From Candidatus Sungiibacteriota bacterium (GTDB lineage Bacteria > Patescibacteriota > Minisyncoccia > Sungbacterales > HO2-52-23): DNA of 64,000 nt. Of this stretch, positions 27,025 through 36,704 are shown in pieces. The DNA lies in NCBI GenBank assembly GCA_016432465.1, contig CP066690.1, positions 526,823 through 590,822 of the forward strand. The letters are read 5' to 3'. The translations under genes were made by a program, and so were the position numbers. The stretch's first letter is position 1, and each line of letters opens with the position of its first letter. The notes beneath the pieces are model-generated. The model was not told the DNA's origin and did no database searches. It saw only the letters and a list, made by a program, of their open reading frames with translations.

Positions 27025-28068
27025 ATGCCAACCAAAGACACACCCCATATTCATATTTCAACCGGCACCATAATCAGGTTTTTCCTGGTTATTTTTGGCA
27101 TTGCGGCTCTCTACATCGTACGCGATGTTTTGGCCGCGCTTTTTTTGGCGGTTATAATAGCCTCGGCCTTGGAGCCGGCGATAGACTGGCTGAAAGAGCG
27201 AAGAGTGCCAAGGCTTGTTAGTGTAATTTTGATATATCTTGGTATTACTCTTGGTTTTTTCTTTCTCACGTATCTTATTTTTCCGTTACTTATTGAGGAG
27301 TTGCGAAGTATCACTTACACCTATCCGGTGTTGGAACGCGAGGTTCTGCGCGGCGTACGGCAGGTGGGAGAGCTTCCTTTTCTCTCTTTTCTTACTATTG
27401 ATTTTGAAAGTTTAGTGGGCGCATCCTCGGCCTATCTCGAAAAACTTGGCGGGGGAATTTTGAATTTCGCTTCGCTGGTGTTTGGGGGAGCATTCTCCCT
27501 TTTTCTTATTGTTATCTTCTCTTTTTACCTTGCTATTCAAGAAAGGGGTATTGAAAGTTTTCTGCGTCTCGTCTCGCCAGTTTCTCAGGAGCCTTATGTT
27601 ATTGGTTTATGGGAGCGGTCGCAAAGAAAATTGGGGCGTTGGCTGCGGGCCCAAATGTTACTGGCCGCACTCGTGGGCGTATTGATATTTTTTGGTCTAA
27701 CCTTTTTGGGTATTAAACACGCGCTTCTTTTTGCGGTTCTGGCTGCGCTTTTTGAAGTGATCCCTGTTGCTGGGCCAATTTTAGCCTCGGTCCCGGCAGT
27801 GATGATAGCCTTTCTTACTTCACCACTCTTGGGCGTTGCCGTGGCCGCGCTTTATCTTGGGGTTCAGCAGTTTGAGTCGCATGTCATAGTGCCGGTGGTT
27901 ATGCGCAAAACCATTGGACTCTCACCACTTGTGGTGGTGCTGGCTTTATTGGTGGGTCTAAAACTGGGAGGAATTTTTGGTGTTTTACTTGCGGTTCCAG
28001 TTACGGCCATTTTGGCGGAGTTGGTGAATGACTGGGATAAAAAGAAGAGGGCATTGATACCGGAGTAA
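27025..28068 (+). CDS. AI-2E family transporter
   Basis: PerM-like hydrophobic pattern; QQFESHVIVPVV..GLSP..GGIFGVLLAVP. Confidence 0.9.
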   Translation: MPTKDTPHIHISTGTIIRFFLVIFGIAALYIVRDVLAALFLAVIIASALEPAIDWLKERRVPRLVSVILIYLGITLGFFFLTYLIFPLLIEELRSITYTYPVLEREVLRGVRQVGELPFLSFLTIDFESLVGASSAYLEKLGGGILNFASLVFGGAFSLFLIVIFSFYLAIQERGIESFLRLVSPVSQEPYVIGLWERSQRKLGRWLRAQMLLAALVGVLIFFGLTFLGIKHALLFAVLAALFEVIPVAGPILASVPAVMIAFLTSPLLGVAVAALYLGVQQFESHVIVPVVMRKTIGLSPLVVVLALLVGLKLGGIFGVLLAVPVTAILAELVNDWDKKKRALIPE

Positions 28069-28070
28069 CG

Positions 28071-28223
28071 CGCGGGTCCCTCTCGGCAATTCTCGTCGAA
28101 AACACGCACGGCTGGTCCAGCGACCAACCGTGTTCAGTGTTCGGTCGCCCATTCCGCCTTCGGCGGAAACCATGCTGGGCGACCTCTCAATGGTTTTCTT
28201 GCGAGAATTGCCTCGATCCCGCG
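28071..28223. other. Multi-branched foldback element between convergent genes
   Basis: Nested inverted repeats cgcggg/cccgcg, ggcaattctcg/cgagaattgcc, gaaaac/gttttc, ggtcgccca/tgggcgacc, ttccgcc/ggcggaa. Confidence 0.6.
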
Positions 28224-28235
28224 AATCCCGTTATC

Positions 28236-28730
28236 TTAAAAGAGAAGATAGAATGCAAGGAAAAGAATCAATAGTTGAAACGGGACCCCGATTAAAGGAT
28301 AGGGCCCTAATTTTATTTTGGTGTGGGTGAAGGAGTGGAAGTGATGAACTGGGGAAAGAAAATTTAATTTACGCGTATAAAAAAGTCCTTCCAAGAAATC
28401 CGGCAGAGCGCCGCCGATTATAATTAATATCGCGCGGATCCATTCGTTGGGTGTTGCTGGCGATAACAATAAAAACACGAGCGCGGCGCCTAAAAATCCG
28501 TCTAGAGTAACACGTCCTAAATCGCCCAGAATTGTGCGCCGCGAAAACTCCCAATGGCGTTTTTCGTTATCTTCGTCGTCCGCAGCCGATTTTAACTTAT
28601 AATCCCAGTGCGGTATGGCGTCAGAAAGATAGTGTGAAGCAAGCGCCGCAAGAAAGGAAAAAGCGGGATGTATTGAGGCGAGCGGCTTGGTAACTGCGGC
28701 GGCGATAATGGTGTGTGTAGTTAGGGTCAC
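28236..28730 (-). CDS. Membrane protein, possible metal-dependent hydrolase
   Basis: H..SHYLSDAIPHWDY, LPD, HHFH motifs; GTG start at 28730 preferred. Confidence 0.7.
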   Translation of the reverse strand: MTLTTHTIIAAAVTKPLASIHPAFSFLAALASHYLSDAIPHWDYKLKSAADDEDNEKRHWEFSRRTILGDLGRVTLDGFLGAALVFLLLSPATPNEWIRAILIIIGGALPDFLEGLFYTRKLNFLSPVHHFHSFTHTKIKLGPYPLIGVPFQLLILFLAFYLLF

Positions 28731-28780
28731 AATAGTTATGTTATACAATTCCCCGCAAATTAAAAGAGCACCCAAGGGTG

Positions 28781-29248
28781 CTACTTTTTGTCTATTAGAC
28801 CAAGGAACTTTCTTACACTGGTGAGTGGGGTGTTAGAACCCATTACTATTATTCCGTAAGAATTAAAATAGGTTTCCCCCCAACGATTATGTAATATTAT
28901 TATTTCTACACCCTCCTCAACCAGTTTTTGTAAAGAGCCCATAACCTCACTATCATTCATAATTGTTTTGTAAAGCTCCTCGCAGTGGCTGTTATCGCTA
29001 TAGAGATTAGTTGCAACACATTTCGCTGGCCCGCTTTGCAGAAGTTCTTTTATTTTTTTATCTTCAGCTTCTTTCTCTGCCTTAATCGCCCTTGATTTCG
29101 TAACAATTTCTTCCAGCATAGAAACGTTGCCGGCGGGGGGGCGTACTACGGTTTTGGGCGCCTGTTTTTCCGGCAAAAAGAAAGTTACTGCTATAATTAT
29201 TACTAGGATAGAGAGCGCGACGATATCGGCGGTCGTCAGCCTTCTCAC
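28781..29248 (-). CDS. Hypothetical protein with N-terminal TM helix
   Basis: 155-aa ORF; AAGGAG RBS before GTG. Confidence 0.65.
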   Translation of the reverse strand: MRRLTTADIVALSILVIIIAVTFFLPEKQAPKTVVRPPAGNVSMLEEIVTKSRAIKAEKEAEDKKIKELLQSGPAKCVATNLYSDNSHCEELYKTIMNDSEVMGSLQKLVEEGVEIIILHNRWGETYFNSYGIIVMGSNTPLTSVRKFLGLIDKK

Positions 29249-29300
29249 TCTTTTGCTCCTTGAAGGATCGTCATAACGAGGTTATCATAAGCCTATATTT

Positions 29301-30776
29301 ATGTCAAGCAAGTTTTATATTACCACCAGCATCCCTTACGCTAATGCCGCGCCTCATGTGGGGCATATTTTGGATCCTTTGATTGCGGATGTTTTGGCAC
29401 GATATCACAGAATAAAAGGTAAGGAAGTAAGATTTTTGGTAGGTACGGATGAGCACGGAGCAAAAATTGTTCGTAAAGCCGAGGAAGAAGACAAGACACC
29501 AAAAGAGCTGGTTGACGAAAATTCAGCAAAATTCAGAGAAATGCAAAACACTCTGAACATTTCTTATGACGATTTCATCCGAACCAGCGACCAAAAACGC
29601 CATTGGCCCGGCGCGGAAAAAATGTGGCGGGAGATGGTTGCTTCCGGTGATATATATAAGAAAGAATATCACGGCCTTTATTGCGTGGGCCACGAAGCTT
29701 TTGTTACTGAAAAAGATTTAGTAAATGGCAAGTGTCAGGACCATCAAAAAGAGCCGGAAGCGGTTGAAGAAGAAAATTGGTTTTTCCGACTGTCAAAATA
29801 TGCCCAAGAAATAGCGTCAAGAATTAAGAATGATGAATTGCAAACTATACCGGAGTCTAGAAAAAACGAGATTTTGTCTTTTATTGAAAGCGGCCTTGAG
29901 GATGTTAGTTTTTCGCGTCCTGCCAAGGATTTATCATGGGGCGTTCCGGTTCCCGACGACCCCACCCAAACGATGTATGTTTGGTCAGACGCCTTGGTTA
30001 ATTATATTTCTGCTATTGGCTACGGACACGATGATCCGGAGTCACAGTTGTCACTTAAAAAATGGTGGCCAGCGGATGTGCAGGTAATTGGGAAAGACAA
30101 TCTCCGATTTCACGCCGCAATCTGGCCCGGAATGCTTTTATCAGCGGGCCTTGAATTGCCTAAAGCAATTTTTGTGCATGGATTTGTTAACGTGGAAGGG
30201 CAGAAAATTTCTAAAACCGTGGGCAACGTGATACCGCCCGAAACGGTAGTGCAAAAATATGGTGTGGACCCCGTGCGTTATTATTTTTTGCGCGAGTTCC
30301 CCTCATATGAGGACGGCGATTTTAGTTATAAAAAATTTGAAGATCGGTATAACGGGGACTTAGCCAACGGTCTTGGGAACCTTGTGGCGCGCGTCTCTAC
30401 TTTGGGAGAAAGTATAAGTCCGATTCATTTTGATTTTCAAAAGGATATTATCACGGAAGCAAAAAAAGAAACCGCGCGCGTCTTTGCCGAGTACGAAAAA
30501 CACGTCACCGAAGTTCGTCTGAATGAAGCGCTCGCCATTGTCTGGGCGCTGGTCTCGTTTACGGATAAGTATATAAATGACGAAAAACCATGGGAGAAAT
30601 CCGGGGATGATTTTAAGGGGGTTATTATCAATGCTGCTTATGTAATTGGCGTAATTTCCAACCTCCTTCAGCCGTTTTTGCCCCAAACCGCAGAAAAAAT
30701 CAGCACGCAGATTTCTTTTGAAGACTCGGTGGTGCGAGTTAAAAAAGGAGTGTCGCTCTTTCCGAGGTTAAAATAA
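29301..30776 (+). CDS. metG: Methionine--tRNA ligase (short form)
   Basis: FYITTSIPYAN..HVGH, GTDEHG, YVWSDAL, GKDNLRFH, KISKT. Confidence 0.96.
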   Translation: MSSKFYITTSIPYANAAPHVGHILDPLIADVLARYHRIKGKEVRFLVGTDEHGAKIVRKAEEEDKTPKELVDENSAKFREMQNTLNISYDDFIRTSDQKRHWPGAEKMWREMVASGDIYKKEYHGLYCVGHEAFVTEKDLVNGKCQDHQKEPEAVEEENWFFRLSKYAQEIASRIKNDELQTIPESRKNEILSFIESGLEDVSFSRPAKDLSWGVPVPDDPTQTMYVWSDALVNYISAIGYGHDDPESQLSLKKWWPADVQVIGKDNLRFHAAIWPGMLLSAGLELPKAIFVHGFVNVEGQKISKTVGNVIPPETVVQKYGVDPVRYYFLREFPSYEDGDFSYKKFEDRYNGDLANGLGNLVARVSTLGESISPIHFDFQKDIITEAKKETARVFAEYEKHVTEVRLNEALAIVWALVSFTDKYINDEKPWEKSGDDFKGVIINAAYVIGVISNLLQPFLPQTAEKISTQISFEDSVVRVKKGVSLFPRLK

Positions 30777-30886
30777 ACCCCGCACTAATTTCGTTTAGAG
30801 CATTTCTTTTCAGAAAATAGTACCTCGGTAGCGCCTTCGGCTTACGTTTTCCCAGTTTAAGTTTATCTTAAAATTAGTGCGGGGTT
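30776..30886. mobile_element. MITE-like element with 16-bp perfect terminal inverted repeats
   Basis: aaccccgcactaattt (30776-30791) / aaattagtgcggggtt (30871-30886). Confidence 0.7.
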
Positions 30887-31011
30887 CTGTTATTTGTTGC
30901 TAAATTTTCTTCTCCTGACGGATTGAAAATTTAGACAAATAACGAAAAAGGCGGGAATCTCTTCCCACGGCTAAAATAATAGCGGGAACGTGTTCCCGCG
31001 AAAGTAGGTTC

Positions 31012-31365
31012 TTACTGAGGGGCCTCGACCGCACTCTCCGCTTCGCCCAGCAAAAATTTAATGATCTTCTCCGGCGGATCGTTGTGGTTGATATAGATGG
31101 TTCCGTCCACGACGTACGACTCGTTAGCGAGAGACATATCTATATGGTGGCCTTTTGCTATAGCAAGAGCCTCTGCTAGGTCTGGACTATCGGTTACCAG
31201 TAGCGCAAATACTTCAAAGTCAGCGTCACTGCGTCCCTCGTTTTTTCCGATTCCCAGGCTCTTAAGGTATTCCACGGCCTTTCTTGTCCTTACACGTTCA
31301 GCAGCAATCTCTGCGTTTGTTTTACGCCTCGCGATTACTTGGGCGATAGCACCTTTTTCGTTCAT
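31012..31365 (-). CDS. Hypothetical protein
   Basis: 117-aa ORF with purine-rich RBS (GGGGAGGACGAAGG). Confidence 0.65.
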   Translation of the reverse strand: MNEKGAIAQVIARRKTNAEIAAERVRTRKAVEYLKSLGIGKNEGRSDADFEVFALLVTDSPDLAEALAIAKGHHIDMSLANESYVVDGTIYINHNDPPEKIIKFLLGEAESAVEAPQ

Positions 31366-31413
31366 CCTTCGTCCTCCCCAAGCCCAATATCATTATAAGT
31401 GATAGACAAAAAG

Positions 31414-32319
31414 ATGTCAACCCCAAAACTTTTTGATGCCCATACTCATATTCAATTTGCGGCATTTAAAGACGACGCGGATTTGGTTGTTAAACGCGCC
31501 TTGGATGCAGGAATTTGGATGGTAAACATCGGAACGCAGAAAGATACTTCGGCGCATGCGGTGGAGATGGCGCAAAAATACCCCGAAGGAGTGCATGCGA
31601 CTGTGGGGCTTCACCCGATTCATACGGAGCGCTCGTACCACGACCCACAGGAACTCGGAGAACCATCATCTCTAGTGTTCTCTAATTCGCGCGAATTAGA
31701 GAATAAAGAAAAAGAAAGTGGGAAAAAGAGTGAACAGGATGGGGGTTTTACCAGTCGCGGAGAAGAGTTTGATTATGAGTATTACAAAAAATTAGCGCAG
31801 GATCCGAAGGTTGTTGCAATTGGCGAGTGCGGCTTGGACTACTATCGTCTAGGCCCGGAGACGCGAGAAAAACAAAAAAGTGCTTTCTTGAAGCAGATTG
31901 AACTTGCGCATGAAGTCAAAAAACCGCTAATGATCCACTGCCGGAATGCCTTTTCCGATTTAATTGCTATCCTGCAAACTTATAACCCACAACTTACAAC
32001 TCCGGGCGTGGTTCACTTTTTCTCCGGCACCAAAACCGACGCAGAGAAACTTCTTGATATGGGTTTTTCGTTTACTTTTGGGGGTGTTATCACGTTCGCC
32101 CGCGACTATGACGAAGTGGTACAATATATTCCATTGGAGCGAATAATGGTTGAAACCGATGCGCCTTATGTTGCGCCTACGCCCTATCGCGGAAAAAGAA
32201 ACGAACCAGCATATATAATAGAAGTAGCCAAAAAGGTGGCCGAACTTAAAAATTTGTCTTATGAAGAAGTGAGCACCAAAACCACCCAGAACGCATTAAA
32301 AATTTTTGGAATTCAATGA
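31414..32319 (+). CDS. tatD: TatD family DNase
   Basis: DAHTH, GLHP, AIGECGLDY, IHCR, ETDAPY, RGKRNEP. Confidence 0.95.
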   Translation: MSTPKLFDAHTHIQFAAFKDDADLVVKRALDAGIWMVNIGTQKDTSAHAVEMAQKYPEGVHATVGLHPIHTERSYHDPQELGEPSSLVFSNSRELENKEKESGKKSEQDGGFTSRGEEFDYEYYKKLAQDPKVVAIGECGLDYYRLGPETREKQKSAFLKQIELAHEVKKPLMIHCRNAFSDLIAILQTYNPQLTTPGVVHFFSGTKTDAEKLLDMGFSFTFGGVITFARDYDEVVQYIPLERIMVETDAPYVAPTPYRGKRNEPAYIIEVAKKVAELKNLSYEEVSTKTTQNALKIFGIQ

Positions 32320-34742
32320 GATACGACCCCAAAACAATTGAAAAAAAGTGGCAAGCGCGCTGGCTCAAAGAAAAAACTTATGAGCCGGATTTAAGGCGCG
32401 CCAAAAAGCCCTTTTATAATCTTATGATGTTTCCGTACCCATCGGCCGAGGGTCTGCATGTGGGTAATATGTACGCCTTTGTGGGTGCGGATATTTACGG
32501 ACGGTTTAAGCGCATGCAGGGATACGACGTTTTTGAGCCAATAGGGCTTGATGGTTTTGGGATTCACTCCGAAAATTATGCGTTAAAGATAAAGAAGCAT
32601 CCGGCGGACCAAGCCAAAGTTTCAGAGAAAAATTTTTATCGGCAACTGGAGACGGTTGGCAATGGTTTTGCGTGGCAGGAAAAATTGGAAACTTACGACC
32701 CCGATTACTACAGATGGACTCAATGGATTTTTATACAAATGTATAAACACGGCCTTGCTTATCGTAAGAAAGCACAAGTCAATTGGTGTCCCTCCTGCCT
32801 TACTGTTTTGGCAGATGAGCAAGTACTTGCAGGAGAATGTGAGAGATGCGAGACCGAGGTGATTAAAAAAGAACTTGAGCAATGGTTTTTTAAGATTACG
32901 GATTATGCCGAGCGACTTTTAAAAAACTTGGATACTCTGGATTGGTCCGAGAGGATAAAAATCGCCCAGCGAAATTGGATTGGAAAAAGCGAGGGCGCGC
33001 TCCTTCGCTTTAATGTCAGATGTCAGATGTCAGATGTCAGATGTCCGTCTGTTGAAGTTTTCACCACCCGCCCTGATACTCTTTTCGGCGCGACCTACAT
33101 AGTGTTGGGGCCGGAACACCAACTTATATCAAAAATTAGAAATCAAATATCAAATATTAAAGAAGTTGAAGGGTACATTACAGGAGCTAAAACCAAGACT
33201 GATGAGGAGCGGATTGCGGAGGGTAAAGAAAAAAACGGGGTGGAGCTAAAAGGAATAAAAGCGACAAATCCGGCAAACGGCGAAGAAATTCCTATTTGGG
33301 TTGCAGATTATGTGTTGGGGAATGTGGGCACCGGAGCGATTATGGCGGTTCCGGCGCATGATGAACGCGATATGGAATTTGCTAAAAAATTTAATTTGCC
33401 CGTTAGCAACGCGCCGTTTGTTGATAAGGAAGAAATTGTCAGAAGGGTTGGGGGCAAAAAGACCGTAAATTATAGGCTTCGCGACTGGCTTATTTCCCGA
33501 CAGAGATATTGGGGACCGCCGATTCCGATGATTTACTGTCATAAGTGCGGTTGGATACCTGTTCCGGAGAAGGATTTGCCGGTGCGGCTTCCTTATATAA
33601 AAGAATTCAGACCAACAGGAACTGAAAAATCACCCCTGGCGCTGGTAGAAAAATTTTATAAGGTTCGTTGTCCAAAATGTAAGTCGTGGGCAAGACGAGA
33701 AACCGATGTTTCCGATACATTTTTGGATTCCGCGTGGTATTATATCGGCTACCTCATGGCGGCCTACGATTGGAAATTAGAAATTGGAAATTTGAAATTA
33801 CAGGAAGCCATGCGCAAATGGCTTCCGGTTGATATGTATATCGGCGGCGCCGAGCATGCGGTATTGCATCTTTTATATGTGAGATTTCTCGCGATGGCCT
33901 TTCGTGATTGGGGCTTAACTCTTTTTGAGGAACCATTTAAAAAATTCCGGGCGCACGGACTTTTGATCAGGGATGGCGCCAAAATGTCAAAATCGCGCGG
34001 CAACGTGGTGAACCCGGATGAATATATCCGCGCCTATGGCGCGGATGCCCTGCGGATGTATTTAATGTTTTTGGGGCCGTTTGAGCAGGGAGGGGATTTT
34101 CGGGATGACGGCATCAGGGGGATTACGAGGTTTCTTGAAAGGGCGTGGCGGTTTTGTTCGTCATACAAGGAGAGAAAGACGACTCCAATACACGAATTTC
34201 ACTCGAATGATTCGAATAATTCGGGTGCATTAGAGTATTTGAGTCGCATTCTACATAAAACCATCAAAAAAGTTACCGAGGATATTGAAGGTTTGCAGTA
34301 CAATACGGCGATATCGGCGTTAATGATTCTGCTGAATAAGTTTGAAGAAAGTCCGGAGGCTGTCACCAAGGAGCATGTTGCGGTTTTTCTTAGGCTTCTT
34401 GCGCCGTTTGCGCCGTTTATCAGCGAAGAGTTGTGGTCCCGATTTTTTGCGAACAAAAAATCGGGGATCCTCGATTCGCGAAGCGAATCGGGACATTCAT
34501 TTCATTCAATCCACCACGAGTCGTGGCCAAAGTATAATCCTAAGTTCGTTAAAGAAGAAACTTTTGAACTGGTAATACAAGTGAACGGTAAAGTGCGCGG
34601 CCGCGTTACTTTGCCGATTGGCGCGAGCGAGGAAGATGCAAAAAAGGCGGCTCTGGGTCCGGATTCGGTCAGGAAATATGTGATAGGAGATCCGCGAAAA
34701 GTCATTTTCGTGCCGAATAAGCTTATCAATTTTGTGGTTTAA
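32316..34742 (+). CDS. leuS: Leucine--tRNA ligase
   Basis: MFPYPS..LHVGN, QRNWIGKSEG, FTTRPDT, SRQRYWG, KMSKS, QVNGKVRG. Confidence 0.97.
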   Translation: MRYDPKTIEKKWQARWLKEKTYEPDLRRAKKPFYNLMMFPYPSAEGLHVGNMYAFVGADIYGRFKRMQGYDVFEPIGLDGFGIHSENYALKIKKHPADQAKVSEKNFYRQLETVGNGFAWQEKLETYDPDYYRWTQWIFIQMYKHGLAYRKKAQVNWCPSCLTVLADEQVLAGECERCETEVIKKELEQWFFKITDYAERLLKNLDTLDWSERIKIAQRNWIGKSEGALLRFNVRCQMSDVRCPSVEVFTTRPDTLFGATYIVLGPEHQLISKIRNQISNIKEVEGYITGAKTKTDEERIAEGKEKNGVELKGIKATNPANGEEIPIWVADYVLGNVGTGAIMAVPAHDERDMEFAKKFNLPVSNAPFVDKEEIVRRVGGKKTVNYRLRDWLISRQRYWGPPIPMIYCHKCGWIPVPEKDLPVRLPYIKEFRPTGTEKSPLALVEKFYKVRCPKCKSWARRETDVSDTFLDSAWYYIGYLMAAYDWKLEIGNLKLQEAMRKWLPVDMYIGGAEHAVLHLLYVRFLAMAFRDWGLTLFEEPFKKFRAHGLLIRDGAKMSKSRGNVVNPDEYIRAYGADALRMYLMFLGPFEQGGDFRDDGIRGITRFLERAWRFCSSYKERKTTPIHEFHSNDSNNSGALEYLSRILHKTIKKVTEDIEGLQYNTAISALMILLNKFEESPEAVTKEHVAVFLRLLAPFAPFISEELWSRFFANKKSGILDSRSESGHSFHSIHHESWPKYNPKFVKEETFELVIQVNGKVRGRVTLPIGASEEDAKKAALGPDSVRKYVIGDPRKVIFVPNKLINFVV

Positions 34743-34780
34743 AAACATTCTAACATTCTGCAGAATGTTAGAATGTTTTT
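34741..34780. repeat. Perfect 40-bp palindrome between leuS and glmS
   Basis: aaaaacattctaacattctg|cagaatgttagaatgttttt. Confidence 0.85.
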
Positions 34781-34846
34781 TGCTACTTTTCTGGTTGCCG
34801 CTGGTGTTATATAAAGTGTGGGCTTGAATTTTTAAATAAATTTGGC

Positions 34847-36691
34847 ATGTGCGGAATTGTTGGATATATAGGAAAACAAAAGGCGCTTCCCATACTTCTG
34901 GATGGGATTAGAAATCTGGAATACCGTGGATATGATTCGGCTGGTTTTGCGCTACTTTCTCACAATCAACGCGTCCGGGCTGAAAAAGCCGTGGGGCGCG
35001 TTTTAAATCTTGAACAAAAAATTAAAGATCCGGCCGACTTTGCCGGGAAGATGGGTATCATTCACAGCCGCTGGGCCACCCACGGAGGAGTAACCGAAGC
35101 CAATGCCCACCCGCACTCGGATTGTCAGAAAAACATCTGGCTTGTGCATAACGGCATTATTGAAAACTACAAACAACTCAAGAGCGATCTGCTGAAAGTC
35201 GGACATAAATTTGATTCGGAAACCGATACTGAAGTGTTAGCACACCTAATAGAGGAGGTTCAAACCAAAAACCCGGAAACTGGATTAGAAGAAGCGGTGC
35301 GCCTTGCACTTCTTTCAATCCGCGGGACTTATGGTTTGGCCGTTTTTGACAAAAGAGAACCTGGAAAGTTGATAGCGGCCAGAAATTTCAGTCCGCTTCT
35401 TTTAGGGATCGGTAACAGGGAGTATTTTGTGGCGTCTGACGCTTCGGCCATTTTAAAGCATACCCAAAATGTAGTTTATCTTGATGACGGAGAAATGGCG
35501 GTCCTTACGCCGCACGAACACCATGTCTATGATCTTAGAAGAAATCTGCGCCCGAAGGAAACGCATAAAGTTGAGTGGTCACTAGAACAGGCGCAAAAGG
35601 CGGGCTTCCCCCACTTCATGTTAAAAGAAATCCATGAGCAACCAGAAGCCATTGAAAATTCTCTACGTGGGCGTCTGATTCCGGAAGAAGGACGCGTCAA
35701 GCTCGGAGGACTTTCCGAGGTTGCAGAGAAATTAAAAAACGCAAAGCGAATTTTAATTTCTGCCTGCGGCACGGCCTATTTTGCCGGGATGGTTGGTGAA
35801 TATATGCTTGAGGAATATGCCGGAATCCCGGTTGAGGTTGATTTGGCTTCCGAATTTCGCTACCGAAAACCGGTTTTCCGCGAAGGCGATGTGTTTTTAG
35901 CAATCTCGCAGTCTGGCGAGACCGCCGACACTTTGGCCGCGCTTCGGGAAGCAAAAGAAAAGGGAGTACTGACGTTGGGGATTGTTAATGTGGTTGGTTC
36001 AACCATGGCGCGCGATACGGATGCGGGCGTGTATCAGCATATTGGTCCGGAAATTGGCGTTGCTTCCACTAAAGCCTTTACTTCGCAGGTTGCTATTTTG
36101 GGACTCTTGACGCTTCTTTTAGGAAGGCAGCGGGAAATGTCGTTGGTAACAGGACAGCGAATTGCTAAAGAATTGAAAACTATCCCAGTTTTGATTAAGA
36201 AAATTTTGACTCAAGATGATTGTATTAAAAAGCTTGCCCAAAAATATCAGCACCATCAGAATTTCTTGTATCTTGGCAGAAAATATAACCTTCCGGTCGC
36301 GTACGAGGGCGCGTTGAAATTGAAAGAAATTTCTTATGCTCACGCCGAAGGATACGGAGCAGGAGAGATGAAACACGGATCCATTGCGTTGATTGATGAA
36401 AATTTCCCCTCTTTGTTTATTGCGCCACACGACTCTGTTTACGAAAAGATGATTTCCAACATGGAAGAGGTAAAAGCCCGTAGGGGCCCCGTGATTGCTG
36501 TTGCCACCGAGGGCGATAAAAAAATCCGCGAGCTTGCGGACGATGTAATTTATATACCTAAAACCCTGGAGATGCTGACCCCGCTTTTGTCAGTAATCCC
36601 GCTTCAGCTTTTTGCGTATCATTTTGGAGTATTGCGCGGTTGTGATGTTGATAGGCCCCGTAACTTGGCTAAGAGCGTAACTGTAGAATAG
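34847..36691 (+). CDS. glmS: Glutamine--fructose-6-phosphate transaminase
   Basis: MCGIVG, HSRWATHG, SQSGETADT, C-terminal PRNLAKSVTVE. Confidence 0.98.
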   Translation: MCGIVGYIGKQKALPILLDGIRNLEYRGYDSAGFALLSHNQRVRAEKAVGRVLNLEQKIKDPADFAGKMGIIHSRWATHGGVTEANAHPHSDCQKNIWLVHNGIIENYKQLKSDLLKVGHKFDSETDTEVLAHLIEEVQTKNPETGLEEAVRLALLSIRGTYGLAVFDKREPGKLIAARNFSPLLLGIGNREYFVASDASAILKHTQNVVYLDDGEMAVLTPHEHHVYDLRRNLRPKETHKVEWSLEQAQKAGFPHFMLKEIHEQPEAIENSLRGRLIPEEGRVKLGGLSEVAEKLKNAKRILISACGTAYFAGMVGEYMLEEYAGIPVEVDLASEFRYRKPVFREGDVFLAISQSGETADTLAALREAKEKGVLTLGIVNVVGSTMARDTDAGVYQHIGPEIGVASTKAFTSQVAILGLLTLLLGRQREMSLVTGQRIAKELKTIPVLIKKILTQDDCIKKLAQKYQHHQNFLYLGRKYNLPVAYEGALKLKEISYAHAEGYGAGEMKHGSIALIDENFPSLFIAPHDSVYEKMISNMEEVKARRGPVIAVATEGDKKIRELADDVIYIPKTLEMLTPLLSVIPLQLFAYHFGVLRGCDVDRPRNLAKSVTVE

Positions 36692-36704
36692 GGCATGATG
36701 CTTG

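Noticed and set aside
34743-34846. glmS ribozyme
   Set aside because: The spacer is only ~100 bp, largely taken by the palindrome, and no ribozyme core was recognised.
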